Source: Mobula hypostoma
Lineage: Eukaryota
Direction of reading: 5' to 3'
Assembly (NCBI RefSeq): GCF_963921235.1
Contig: NC_086105.1
Span: 109,988,001 to 110,052,000, forward strand
Length of the DNA stretch: 64,000 bases
Part shown: one piece after another, positions 1-12,066 of the stretch
How the letters are laid out: every line of letters begins with the position of its first letter
Position numbering within the stretch: the first letter of the stretch is position 1
Position numbers and translations under genes: made by a program
The notes under the pieces: model-generated
Seen by the model: the letters and a program-made list of their open reading frames with translations, nothing else
Told to the model about the DNA's origin: nothing
Database searches by the model: none

Positions 1-100
1 CCTCTAAACAACAAGCTCCAAAACCTGGGCTTCTGTACCTCCCTTTGCAAATGGATCCTTGACTTACTCATCGGGAGATCACAGTCTGTGCAGATAGAGA
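1..100 (+). mobile_element. Rex/Babar-type LINE RT fragment, left part; continues at 4385
   Basis: LQNLGFCTSLCKWILDLLIGRSQSVQI joins to GNIIFSLTIYTGRPQ at ~4390. Confidence 0.8.
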
Positions 101-104
101 CATG

Positions 105-3100
105 GAGTCACAGAGAAGTACGATTCCATAAACAGGCCCTTCATCCCATCTAGTCAATGCTGAAACCATTTAAACTGCCTACTCCCAACGACCTGCACTG
201 GGACCATAGAGCTCCATATCCCTACTATCCATGTACCTATCAAAACTTCTTTTAAGCATTGAAATCAAGCTTGCATGGAACACTTGTGCTGGTGCTGGTT
301 CACGACCCTGAGTAAAGAAGTTTCCCCTCATGTCCCCCTTAAACTTCTCACCTTTCATCCTTAAGCCATGACCTCTAGTTGTACTCCCACCCAACTTCAG
401 TAGAAAAAGCCTGCTTGCATTTACCCCATCTATACCCCTCATAATTTTGTTTAGCACAATTAAATCTCTTCTCAATCTCCTTCTTTCCAAAAAAAATAGT
501 CCTAACCTATTCAATCTTTCCTTATAACTCAGGTCCTCCAGATACAGCAACATCCTTGTAAATTTTCTCTGCACTCTTTCAACCTTGTTTACATCTTTCC
601 TATAAATAGGTAATCAACACTACACACAATACTCCAAATTAGGTCTCACCATCAACTTATACAACTTCAGTATAACATCGCATCTTCTATACTCAATACA
701 TTGATTTATGAAGGCCAATATGCCAAAAGCTTTCTTTACAACCTATCTACCCATGACGCAACTTTCAATGAATTATATACCTGTATTTCCAGATCCCTTT
801 ATTCTACTACACTCCTCAGTGTCCTACCATTTACCGTGTAAGACCTACACTACTTGGTCCTACCAAAGTGCAAAACTTCACAATTATCTACATTAAATTC
901 CATCTGCATTTTTTCCAGCTCATTTTTCCAGCTGATGCAGATCCCTCTGCATGATAGCTTTCCTCACTGTCCACAACACTTCAATCTTGGTGCCATCCAC
1001 AAATCTGCTGGCCTAGTTAACCACATTATCATCCAGATATAGATAACAAACAACAAAGGATCCAGCACCGATCGCTGAGGCACACCACTAGACACAGGCA
1101 CCCAGCGAGAGGCAAACTTCTACTACCCTATAGCTTCTCCCACAAAACCAAAGTCTAATCCAGGTCACTACCTCATCCTGAATGCTAAGTGGCTGAACCT
1201 TCTTGACTTAACCTCTTATGTGGACCTTGTTGAATGCCTTACCAAAGTCCACGTAGACAACATCCACTGCCTTGCCTTCCTCCACTTTCCTGATAACTTC
1301 CTTGAAAAAGTCTATAAGATTGGTTTGACATAACCTACCATGCACGAAGCCATGCCGACTATCCTTAATCAGTTCATGTCTATCCAAATACTTATACATC
1401 CAGTCCCTTAGAATACCTTCCAATAACTTTCCTACAAATGATATCATACTCACCAGCCTATAATTTCCTAGTTTCTGTTTACAGCCCTTTTCTAAAACAG
1501 CAGAACAACATTAGCTATCCTCCAATCCTCTGGTAACTCTCCTGTTGGTAAGGCTGCTTTAAATATCTCTACTAGGATCCCCACAATTTCTGTACTTGCC
1601 TCCCATAGGGTCCAAGAAAGCATCTGATTTGCCTCAGGGTAACAAACACCTCCTCCTCTGTAATTTATACAGGGTCCATGAAGTTGATGCTGCTTTGCTT
1701 CACTTCTATAGGCTTTGTATCCATCTCCCAAGTAAATACAGATGCAAAGAATGTACATAAGGTCTCCCCCATCTGTTTTGGCTGCACACACGAAGAGGTC
1801 TTCCAGAGGACTAATTTTGTCTCTAGCTCTTAAGGTACCTGTAGAATCCTTTGGGATTCTCCTTCACCTTCTCTGCTAGAGCAACTTCACGCCTCCTTTT
1901 GGCCTTCTTGATTTTTTTCTTGAACTCCATAAGCACTTTATTTGTTCCTACTTGCCTATAATTGCTATGCACCTCCTTTTTCCCTTAACTTGGACCTCAA
2001 TACATTTTGAAATCCAAAGTTCCCTACACTTCTTATCTTTACCTTTTATTCTGACAGGGACATACAAGTTTTGTACTCTAAAATTATCATTTTTGAAGGC
2101 TTCCCACTTTCCAAGTACAGCTTGGCCAGAAAACAACCTGTCCTAAGCCACACTTGCTAGATCATTTCTGATACCATCAAAATTAGCCTTCCTCTAATTT
2201 AGAATCTCAACCTGCAGACCAGACCTCTCTCTTTGTATAGTTACTTTGAAACTAATGGCATTGTGGTCACTGGATGCAAAGTGCTCCCCTACACAAACAC
2301 TGTTACCTGCCCTGTCTCATTCCCTAATAGCAGTTCCAGTATCACATGCTCTCTTTGGAATTCTATGTACTGAAGGAAATGTTCCTGAACACACTTGACA
2401 AACTCTATCCCATCTAGTCCTTTTACAGTATGGGTTCCCAGTCAATATGTGGAAAGTTAAAATCACCTACTATAACCAACACACATCAACGTTGCTGGTG
2501 AACGCAGCAGGCCAGGCAGCATCTATAGGAAGAGGCGTCTTTGACTGCGCCTCTTCCTATAGATGCTGCCTGGCCTGCTGCGTTCACCAGCAACTTTGAT
2601 GTGTGTTGCTTGAATTTCCAGCATCTGCAGAATTCCTGTTGTTTACCTACTATAACCACTTTGTTTCTGGCAACAGTCTGGAATCTCTTTACAAACTTGT
2701 TTCTCTAAATCCTAGAACCGTTGATTAGTCTGTAATATAGCCCCATTAACGTGGTCCTACCTTTTTTTAATTCTCTGTTCCACCCATAATGCCTAACTAG
2801 TCGAGTTTCCCAGTCCACCTTGATGGAGCACTGCCGTGACATTCCCCAGACTAATAATGCCACCACTTCTCCTTTAATCCTTCCTGCTCTATCACGTCTA
2901 AAACACTGGAACCCTGGAATATTGAGGTGCCAGTCCTGCCCCTCGTGCAATCACTAATGGCTACAACATCATAATTCTAGGTGTTGATCCAAGCCAAGCT
3001 CATTCATCTTTCCTAAAATACTTCTTGCACTGAAATGTATACAGCTCAGGAGAATAGTCCCACCATGCTCAACTTTTTGATTGCTGACTTTGTGTGAGAT

Positions 3101-4380
3101 CTTACTAACATCTGTCTCCACAACCTCTCCACTAACTGTACTGGAACTCTGGTTCCCATCCCCCTGCAACTCTAGTTTAAACCCCACCATGCAGCATTAA
3201 CAAACCTTCCTGCTAGGATGCCAGTCTTCCTCCAGTTCAGGTACAAACTGTCCTTTCTGTATGTCCCACCTTCCTTAGAAGACAGTCCAATGATCCAAAA
3301 AACTTATGCCCTTCCTCCTACACCAACTCCTTAGGCATGTACTAAACTGTATAATATTCCTAGTTCTGGCCTCACTAGCTCGTGTCATAAGTAACAATCC
3401 TGAGGTCACAACTCTGGAGGTCCTGCCCTTTAATTTAGGGCCTAACTCCCTGTGCAGAACCTCATCACTCATCCCACCCATGTCATTGGTATGCACATGA
3501 ACCAGAACAACCTCTGGCTGTTCACCCTCTGACTTATGAATGCTGACTCAATCCGAGATGTCCCAGGCCCTGGCATCTGGGAATTCCATTCTCACCTACA
3601 AATCCTCTTGTCCCCTATTACCATAGCACGCCTCTTCTCCCCCTCCCCTGCCTTCTGAGTCAAAGAGCCGGACTCAGTGCTAAAGACCTGACCACCGACC
3701 TCTGTTAGGTCAACTCCCCACCCCAACAAACAGTATCCAAAGTGTTGAGGGGGATAGCCATGGGGGTATTCTGCACTGGCTTCGTAACCCCTTTCACCTT
3801 CTTGACTGTCACCCAGTTTCCTGTGTCTTGCACCTTGGGTGTAACTACCTCTCTATATGTCCTGTCTATCACCCCTTCAGCCTCCTGAATGATCTAGATT
3901 TCATCCAGTTCCAGCTCTAGCTCTTTAATGTGGATTGTTAGAAGCTGCAGCTGGATGCACTTTTCGCAGTTGTAGTCATCAGGGACACTGGAGGACCTAT
4001 TCCTGCCTTCCCACATCCCTCAAGAGAAACATTCAACTATCCTGCCTGGCATCTCCACTGTCGGAGCTTAGCAGATATAAAGAAGGGAAGGAAAAAAAAA
4101 CTTAACCTAGAGCTTTTCTGTTGTTTGCTTTCTTTAACTGAGCTGAAGCCTCAAGATCACCACACTGACTCTGTCCACTCAGACAATGGCCACTGCACTT
4201 GCACCTACCTTCCTTTAATTTGCTCTTGCTAATCAATCTAAAACCTGGGTTGGTTGCTGGTCGAAGCTCTATAACACTGCCACATGTCGCTGCTACGTCT
4301 TTCTGCTTGGTAGTGGACCTGAGTGAAATCCCCTCCTCTCAAACTTTCAATGTCCAGATTGGTCACTGGTCCAAGCTCTA
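105..4380 (-). mobile_element. Near full-length degenerate CR1 LINE (ORF1 Zn-finger/esterase; ORF2 APE-RT)
   Basis: ORF1-like TNDMG..SRVVTSGLL..SWCRRKGISFLDHW (3275-3496); APE LNIPGFQCFRRDR; RT HGFVHGRLCQTNLIDFF..VDVVYVDFGKAF; C-terminal YKERLNRLGLF..RRRLRRDLI; many stops. Confidence 0.9.
2479..2644 (+). mobile_element. Penelope pLTR-derived hairpin insertion inside CR1
   Basis: ~60-bp near-perfect inverted arms; 14-bp TSD acctactataacca (2465-2478, 2645-2658); same 3' end (aattcctgttgttt) as the PLE at 27713. Confidence 0.9.
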
Positions 4381-4384
4381 TCAA

Positions 4385-5637
4385 AGGATCGGAAATATCA
4401 TCTTCTCGCTAACAATCTACACTGGCAGACCTCAAGAATACATGCTTAGCTCACAACTCTACTCTCTCTACACCCATGATTGTGTGGCTAGCCACAGCTC
4501 AAACACAATCTATAAATTTGCCAACACAACTATTGTTGTTAGAATTTCAGATGGTGATGAGGAGGCATACAGGAATGAGATAGATTAGCTGGTTGAGTGG
4601 TGTCACACCAATAATCTTGCACTCAATATTACTAAGACGAAGGAATTGATCATTGAAAGATCAGAAGTGCAAAGGGTGAGCAGTTTCAGACTCCTGGGTG
4701 TCAACGTCTCTGAGGATCCATCCTGGGCCCAGCATACTGAAGAAATTACAAAGAAGGTAGGACAGTGGTTATTTTTCATTAGGAGTGTGAGGAGTCTTGA
4801 TATGTTACCAAAGGCACTCACAAATATCTATGGAGAGCATTCTAACTGGTTGCATCACTGTCAGGTATGGAGGGGCCAACGCACAGGAGAAAGTTGTAAA
4901 CTCAGCCAGCTTCATCATGTGCACTAGCCTCCTCAGCATCCAGAACACTTTCAAAAGGCAATGTCTCAGAAAGGCAGATTAGTCATGCATTTTCTCCCAA
5001 TAAATCCATGAGAGTTGCCAGTATAGTTTCTCTTGCAGGAATCCCACAGTCATTAAACATTATGGCATAGAAGAGCGACATTTGACCCAGCATGTGAAAA
5101 CTTACTGCAAGTGAATTTTATGTCTTGATGAGGGTTATAACTCTGTTTATAAGTACTTTTCAAATGTGGTGATAATATCCACCTCAAAAACACTGTTAGG
5201 CAATGGGTTCCAGACTCCGATACACATTGACTAAAATATCTTTCCACAATTTCTCTCTAAGACTGCTACCAATTATCTTAAACTTATGTTCCTCATTACT
5301 GACCACACTCAAAATCCCTCAAAAAGTTGGCATCTATCATTAAGGACCCCTATCACCCAGGACATGCCCTCTTATCATTGCCACCATTAAGGAGATGGTA
5401 CAGGAGTCTGAAAACACACACTCCATGTTTCAGGAAGAGCTTTTTCTCCCCCACCATCAGATTTCTGAATGGACAATGAGCCCATGAACTCAGTAAGTTT
5501 CCTCTTTTTGCATTATTTACTTAATTTATTTTTAAAACATAGCACTTACTGTAATTTAATTATGCAATGCAATGTATTGCTGCCGCAAAACAACAAATTT
5601 TATGGTATAAGCTAGTGATATTAAACTGGATTCTGAT
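4385..5637 (+). mobile_element. Rex/Babar-type LINE 3' part, interrupted ~4976-5317
   Basis: LYSLYTHDCVASHSSNTIYKFAN, FRLLGVNVSEDPSW, ESILTGCITV, IIKDPYHPGHAL; ctggattctga tail. Confidence 0.82.
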
Positions 5638-5639
5638 AC

Positions 5640-6834
5640 CATGCTTTCATCTGTTTTGAAGTGAACATAACTAAGAAGCAAAGATTCATTACCTAGCAAA
5701 GTTGACTCATCCAACTGCAGAGTAAATTCTGTTGTCTTAAGTATGTTACCAATGTGACTTCCACATTCTCAGACATTTCATCTAATTGCCTTTGAACAGT
5801 TGTCGCTGAGTGGTATCAGTTTAATTATTTGGTCTGGTGACTTATGCAGAACCATACTCAGTATCTCCCTTACTGCTGGCAGAATCTGTTCTTCACCAAT
5901 TGTATGGGCTTTCCAGACTTAGCAATGAAATGTTGCATGAAGTACGCAAACCATCACTTTTCATTGCGAAGTGCTGGCAAACAGTTTTGAAGTGTCTTCC
6001 CTAACTGAAAGTTTTCATGAACTAAAAATAAGCCAGGTTCTTGTTTACTATATCAGAGTGTATTCTCTTTGAATGTTCAATGTTTCGTTGCTTCATTTGA
6101 GGAAAAACTTTTTCACATGACAAACATTTAGGCAGTTATTGGTTGCTTGGTACTAATATAATCCATATTTCAGATACTCCACACCATAATGTCTACACAT
6201 TTTCGTTTGGTCTGCTTTTGCCATTTTCATTATGGATTAATGACCACAGTTAATCATATTACAATCAATAAAAAGGAAAGTTATGACTTACTAATAGCTC
6301 AGGTAAAACCTGACTCTTTGCCTGAAGGTACATAAAGTGGGGCAGCGATATCTCAGTTGGGCAGTGGACTAGAGAAATATATCCTATTGAATACCATACC
6401 CTAATTCACAAGGATCATGTCACTGCATGAACAGAGTATAGGAACTGTGCTAGCTAACATGGTATTATAGTAGTCAACGGCAATAATGTGTGGGCTGAGC
6501 CCAGAAACAATAATGCCTTCAATCCATATTTCGTGATATGCCAAATAAAGAAGTGCTACAATGCTTTTCATCAACTATAATACATGTTGAGCAAAATCTA
6601 AAATTGCGGTATGTTAGCAAGATGAGGCGATTATATGATCATTGTAATCAATTTTAAGGCACTTAGAATCAAATGCTAATAAGGAAATAATTTCTTAAAT
6701 TAAACATATAATCCCTCAGTTACCCCCACCCTTTGCTACTGGGCACCCCCCTACCACCCCCTTTATCTTTATGACCCCCTTAGAAACTCCCATGATGCCC
6801 AGGGGGGCAATATTACCCATTTGGGGAACCATTG
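5640..6834 (-). mobile_element. hAT (Charlie/Buster, SCAND3/ZBED5-like) transposon, 5' portion, degenerate
   Basis: Minus-strand remnants HTIGEEQILPAVREILSMVLHKSPDQIIKLIPLSDN and TTEFTLQLDESTLLGNESLLLSYV; terminus caatggttccccaaa at 6834. Confidence 0.8.
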
Positions 6835-6839
6835 GTCTA

Positions 6840-7277
6840 GGTTCTTCAGCAGACCCCTGCTTCCTCAACACCACCTGCACTTCCACCTACACAAACTTGA
6901 CCACAAAGCCATCAGTTCCATCATCCAAAGCATTGACATACAGTAAAATGTGAAAAGAAGTGGTCCCAACACCAATCCTTGCAGAACACCACTAGTCATC
7001 AGCAGCCAACCATAAAAGGTCCCCTGTATTCCCACACGACCTCCTTCTAGTCAGCTAATCTATCCATGCTGGTATCTTTCCTTTAATACCATGGGCTCTT
7101 ATCTAGTTTAGCCATCTCATGAGCAGCACCTTGTCCAAGGCCCTCTGAAAATACAAGTAAACAACATCCACTGATTCTGGTTGTCTATCCTGCCTGTTAT
7201 TTCCTCAGAAAATTTCAACAGTTTTGTCAGTCAAGATTCCTCTTAAGGAAACCATGTTGCCCATTTTATCATGTGCT
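6840..7277 (-). mobile_element. CR1 RT fragment
   Basis: Similar to other CR1 RT segments in the window (e.g. ~31560-31880). Confidence 0.7.
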
Positions 7278-7279
7278 TC

Positions 7280-8958
7280 TGAGGAAACCACTGACCATTC
7301 GCTCACACTCCCGTCCAACTCTCAGTCTCAATACAGGAAACCTGCACAAGTCAATCTCCTCCTGCTGAGCCCAATTCCAGTGCTCAAACACTTCGACAGA
7401 TATTTAACCCGATGCCGCAACTTCCTGTCCAAGTGCATCTTACATTTTAAACTCCAGTTACCTTTGTAGTCCAGGGACTGTGCTAAGTTTGCCTTCCTCA
7501 TCTCTCTTTTGACTGGGTAAATTCCAACCTGGACCATCGCTAACTCAGACAATAAGACAACCATTTGCAATGAATGAAGATTTCACTGCTGAGATGCGTC
7601 GAGTTTTTGATCATCTGGGAAGTGGAAGGGAGGCAGCAGATCAGCTACATCACCTGTGTCAAGGCTCATGCACAGTGCTGGATTACACCGTGGAATTCAA
7701 AACCCTGGCGGTGGAGAGTGGCTGGAATGCAGAAGTGTTGCTGGCCCATTATTATCATGGCCTCTCAGAGCACTTGAAAGGTGAAATGTCTACCCAGGAG
7801 ATGCCCACCGACCTCAAGCCTTATCATTCTGGCCCTCTGTACTGACAAGCTTCTTGTGAAACAACCCTCCAGGTCATTAGCCAGAACCCCTGTTCCGTTC
7901 CTAGAATCATTTCAGGCTGCAGAGCCTTCATCATTAATGCCTCCAGAACCCATGCAGTTAGGGAGAGCTTCCTTAACCCCCAAGCCAGAGCATCAATAGA
8001 GGAACACACATCAAAGTTGCTGGTGAATGCAGCAGGCCAGGCAGCATCTCTAGGAAGAGGTACAGTCGACGTTTCAGGCAATAGAGGAACGACTTGTGCG
8101 TGTACTGCGAAGCAGCCAATCAACAATCAAATACCCTCTGCATCCCAGAAAACATCACCAGGTTGAGACGAGGAACCTAGTAAGCTCCCCCAGCGCCTTG
8201 TTCCAGCAGCACAGCTCAGATCGCTCTGTGTCCTGCTCCACACTCCAATTGCTCTATGCGCACAGAAGGCTCTGATGGATTCCAGTGTAACAGGCAACTT
8301 GCTGGACCAGACTTTGTGTGTGCAGCTTGGACTCCATACCAAGCCTATCTCTCACCCCTTCTGTATCACAGCCATTAACAGCCATCCCCTGGAGTCCGGG
8401 ATGGTCAAAACGCATGCACATGGCCTGTGCAGATGAGTATCGGAGAATTCCTCTTGATTGACTCATCCAACTCTCTTCTCATCTTTGGTTACCCCTGGCT
8501 CACCACTCACAACCCCCACTTTGCTTGGTCATCCAGTTCACTGTTGAGTTGGAATCCCACCGGCCCAGAACCTCGGTTGACTTTACCCCATAAATCTGTG
8601 GAGATAGAGGAAACATTCAACTTCAAACTCCCTAAGGGATACCACAAGTTATCCATCGCCTTCAGTAAAAGGGAAGCAATAACTCTGCCACCTCACAAAC
8701 CATCACCATTAAGTAATCAACTTCCTCCTGTGCACTACCCCTCCCAAGGTTGTCTGTTCTTCCTTTCCCCTCCTGAGACACAAGCAATGAATTGGCAAAG
8801 TGTTACAGCATGGCTTAATTCAACCATCCCAGTTCCCAGCTGTTGCAGGACTTTTTCTTTGTCAAAAAAAAATGGGCGTCTTCGTCCGTACATTGACTAC
8901 TGTAGATTCAACAAAATCACCATTAAGAACCGCTATCCTCTCCCCTTAATGGATAGCA
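7280..8958 (+). mobile_element. Ty3/Gypsy (Sushi-like) internal fragment: gag, protease, start of RT; degenerate
   Basis: gag LCQGSCTVLDYTVEFKTLAVESGWN..YYHGLSEHLK, PEPMQLG; protease ALMDSSVTGNLLD and IFGYPWL; RT KKNGRLRPYIDYCRFNKITIKNRYPLPLMD. Confidence 0.9.
8006..8078 (-). mobile_element. 73-bp Penelope pLTR fragment inserted in Gypsy
   Basis: 12-bp TSD caatagaggaac (7994-8005, 8079-8090); truncated within hammerhead stem II. Confidence 0.85.
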
Positions 8959-9005
8959 CTCTTTATATCAGCAATACACCACTGTTGTTTCTGGAATATT
9001 ATTCA

Positions 9006-10503
9006 TCTATATACTACTAAAACTCTCATGCTCTGTTTGTTTGTCACCTCCAGTTAGCATAAACGGTGCATTACAGCGGCACTTTTTTGCCTAAATTGAA
9101 TTAAAATGCGCTAACTTACAGAATGCAGGCAAAGTTCAGGGTTATATATTCATATAAAATTGCTCACTCGCCAAAAATCAACAGGCTGCCTTTCACCCGA
9201 GACCCGATCGGCCATCATGGAAATCGGGACGCCACAACCCAACGCATGCGCACGGCCAGCCTCAGCAGCGCTTCACGATGCTCACAGAGCCACTTCCACC
9301 TTCCATGGAGACCGCGACGCCACAAACCGACACATGTGCACGGCCAGCCTCAGCAGCTTGGAGGCTTTGGTGTTACTGCTTCCTATCTTCTATCAAGCAT
9401 TAGGGTAAAAATATATGGATAACCTAATTATGCCGCTTGGAAAGAGAAGGGGGTCATTATGGTCAAGAGATGATACCAAACGTCGTCGGGAAGCAGCAAG
9501 GAGAGGGACAGAACAACAATCGGATGAGGCCAGGGCTGCACAACTCCAGGATCAAAGAGTCAGGACAAAAAAGATGGGAGAAGACGAGACAGAGGAGGAC
9601 AGGCATACACGTCTCCAAAATGATAACAAGAGGCACAGACGAAGGAGAGAACAAGAATCCGATCAGGTCAGGGCTGCACGACTCCAGGATCAGAGAGAAA
9701 GAACAAACGGTAGAAGTGATGAAGAGACGAAGGATGAAAGGGCTGCGCGTCTCCAGAATGACAAAAACAGACAGAGGAGGAGGAGAGCGGAAGAGCCAGA
9801 GGAGAAAAGGAAAGATCAACTCGAGAATATGCGGCACAGAGTAATTATTGCAAGAGTTGCTGAAGACGACAATGGCCGCTTTCGACGACAATACCTCAAC
9901 AGAGAAAGAGCAAGGCAAAATGCACGACTTGCATGCCGTCACACTTCTGCTGATGTTGGTTCGATGACGAGAGTACGCCCTCACTGTGGTGTCTTCCTAT
10001 TCACTGGAGAAACTGCACATTTCTGCTGTATGAAGGGAAAGGTCAGGATAGGCAGTCTGCAGCCTCTACCTAATGAACTCCTCAATTTGCACAGCAGTGA
10101 TGAACCTATTGCAAATGAGTTCAGGAAGAACATCAGACAATACAATTGCCTCTTCCAAATGACATCCTTTGGTGCCAAAGAAGTCATTCCAACTAGGAAT
10201 CGATGGAATCCTTCTGTGATTATTCAAGGCCAAATCCATCAGTACATCGGACATTTAATTCCAGACCCGACCCAGCAAGCCCGATTCCTTCAAATTTACT
10301 CCATGGATATTTAATGTTCATTCTGGTCACATATTTGTCTTGCTATGCGTCTTTCTTCTTTAATAAGCTGAGCTTTTCTTCTTTAATTTCCAAATCAAAG
10401 CGATAGCAATAGCATTCAGGAAAATTTAATTTTCTTTCTGGTCACAACAGACTGCACTACCCTTCTCTCAAAGCGTGCTCCAACGGGTCACCCCGTTGTC
10501 TAG
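9006..10503 (+). mobile_element. Non-autonomous, internally deleted Helitron
   Basis: A|TCTATATACTACTAAAA 5' end; hairpin caacggg-tcac-cccgttg (10481-98), then CTAG|T 3' end; A/T target without TSD; RepHel N-terminal ORF inside. Confidence 0.92.
9415..10314 (+). CDS. Truncated Helitron RepHel N-terminus, 299 aa (STPR-like 23-aa repeats plus CC..GKV Zn motif)
   Basis: Repeats QSDEARAAQLQDQRVRTKKMGED / ETEEDRHTRLQNDNKRHRRRREQ / ESDQVRAARLQDQRERTNGRSDE / ETKDERAARLQNDKNRQRRRRAE; GETAHFCCMKGKV; FRKNIRQYNCLFQMTSFG; IQGQIHQYIGHLIP; FLQIY. Confidence 0.85.
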   Translation: MDNLIMPLGKRRGSLWSRDDTKRRREAARRGTEQQSDEARAAQLQDQRVRTKKMGEDETEEDRHTRLQNDNKRHRRRREQESDQVRAARLQDQRERTNGRSDEETKDERAARLQNDKNRQRRRRAEEPEEKRKDQLENMRHRVIIARVAEDDNGRFRRQYLNRERARQNARLACRHTSADVGSMTRVRPHCGVFLFTGETAHFCCMKGKVRIGSLQPLPNELLNLHSSDEPIANEFRKNIRQYNCLFQMTSFGAKEVIPTRNRWNPSVIIQGQIHQYIGHLIPDPTQQARFLQIYSMDI

Positions 10504-11334
10504 TAAATTGCTAAAAGCGGAGGTAGAATGGAAATTAGTTTGGCTGTTCCTAGAAATGGATATATCGATATACAAACTTTTCAATTTAATAATATTATGG
10601 GAACCTGCAAGTACTTATGGGTGTCTGAGCATTGTTGAGCATTCGTAATCCAGATATAGCTTGTATTAGCAATCTGAAACCTTTAAACAAACGTACTTCA
10701 GCAGCCTGCATGACATTCTCACCGATTTCGATAGATGACATGCCAAGGCAAGACCCAGAGGTGCTAAATGCATGAATGAGAATCCCTAACGTTTAAAAGT
10801 GATTGTGCTCACAGGCATATTCTCATTAACTGCTCAGGGGTAAATGCTCATTTCTTAATCGCTGGGCAGATTGATGTCTCTGAAGGCTAATATTTACCAA
10901 ATAAGTTGGTATGGGGATGGGACTATTTTCATCAGGTTTCCAGGCTTACAACAATGTGTAGACTACTTTGTTTGTTGAGATCAAGGTCACTGTCACACTT
11001 AATTTTGTAGTCCCTAGATCCTTCAAACCAATTGCAACTTGTCAATGCCATGTCTGGCAACTTGCTACAACCTGCAGTATTTGAGAGGTTCATAAGAATC
11101 TGCTGTAACTTTAATTTATTCAACTATTAAGCCAATGTTCTATCAACTTATTGTTTCTTTCTCCACTGACATGATCTGATCTGCTATGCATTTCTTAAAG
11201 TTCTGATCTACATTTCATAGCTTTTATACATTCCATTACTTGTTATCACTCGCTTGATCTTCATTATCCTCTAAAGACCAATAGGTTAAACAATAGTTGG
11301 TTGCCTTATCAATCCCAGCTGTTGTGCTTTTTTC

Positions 11335-11545
11335 ACCATGCAGCTGAAATGTACAGACCATGTGAGGTTCTTCGTAATATGTATGCCGAGGAGCTTAAAG
11401 CTGTTCACCCTCTCAACCCCAGATCATTGATATCAATAGGGGTTAGCCTGTCTCCATTCCTCCTGTAGTCCACAGCCAGCTCCTTTGTTTTTGCGACGTT
11501 GAGGGAAAGGTTATTTTCTTGACACCACTGTGTCAGGGTGATGAT
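11335..11545 (-). mobile_element. Rex/Babar RT fragment
   Basis: LTQWCQENNLSLNVAKTKELAVDYRR. Confidence 0.8.
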
Positions 11546-12066
11546 AAGTGGCACTGTGCATGGCCAAACTGTGCACAATTTCAAATGTGCATCAAAAACT
11601 AGGAGCACTTCCTTCTATTCTGGAGCAGCAGTAGTACTTCTGCCATTACACGATAGGCAGAGTTTGCCCTTTTTCATACTTAGCATATTCCCAGATTATG
11701 GCAGGCATGCTGCATTCCCAGTTTTCACATAATTTGCTGGACCAGTGACTAAGGATTCCCCACAGGTGCTTATCATCTGAACTAATGGTCTTGGAGGAAA
11801 ATCTAAGTTAGTACATTTAAATAATCCTAGGCCTCATGATTAGATGTTTTGGTGTTCTATTTGGCCCTACATCTGTTTTCCACTACAAGTTAAAGTAAGT
11901 TGTAAGTTACAATTTTCTCATATGTCCTACTCCTTTTAATCGAAAATAATTTTATAATCACCGTATTTACATACTTCGAGATATAATGTAGATGTTTGAG
12001 AACCAGTAAACAACAGATATAGGAAGTGACAGTTGAGGGGGGAAAAAAACAAGCTCAGTGCAATTA

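Noticed and set aside
7570-9020. Domesticated Sushi-type gene (PEG10/RTL-like)
   Set aside because: Multiple frameshifts and stops, a PLE insertion and truncation in RT indicate a dead retrotransposon.
9463-9984. Antisense and alternative-frame ORFs over the Helitron repeats
   Set aside because: Shadow ORFs of the repetitive purine-rich coding strand.
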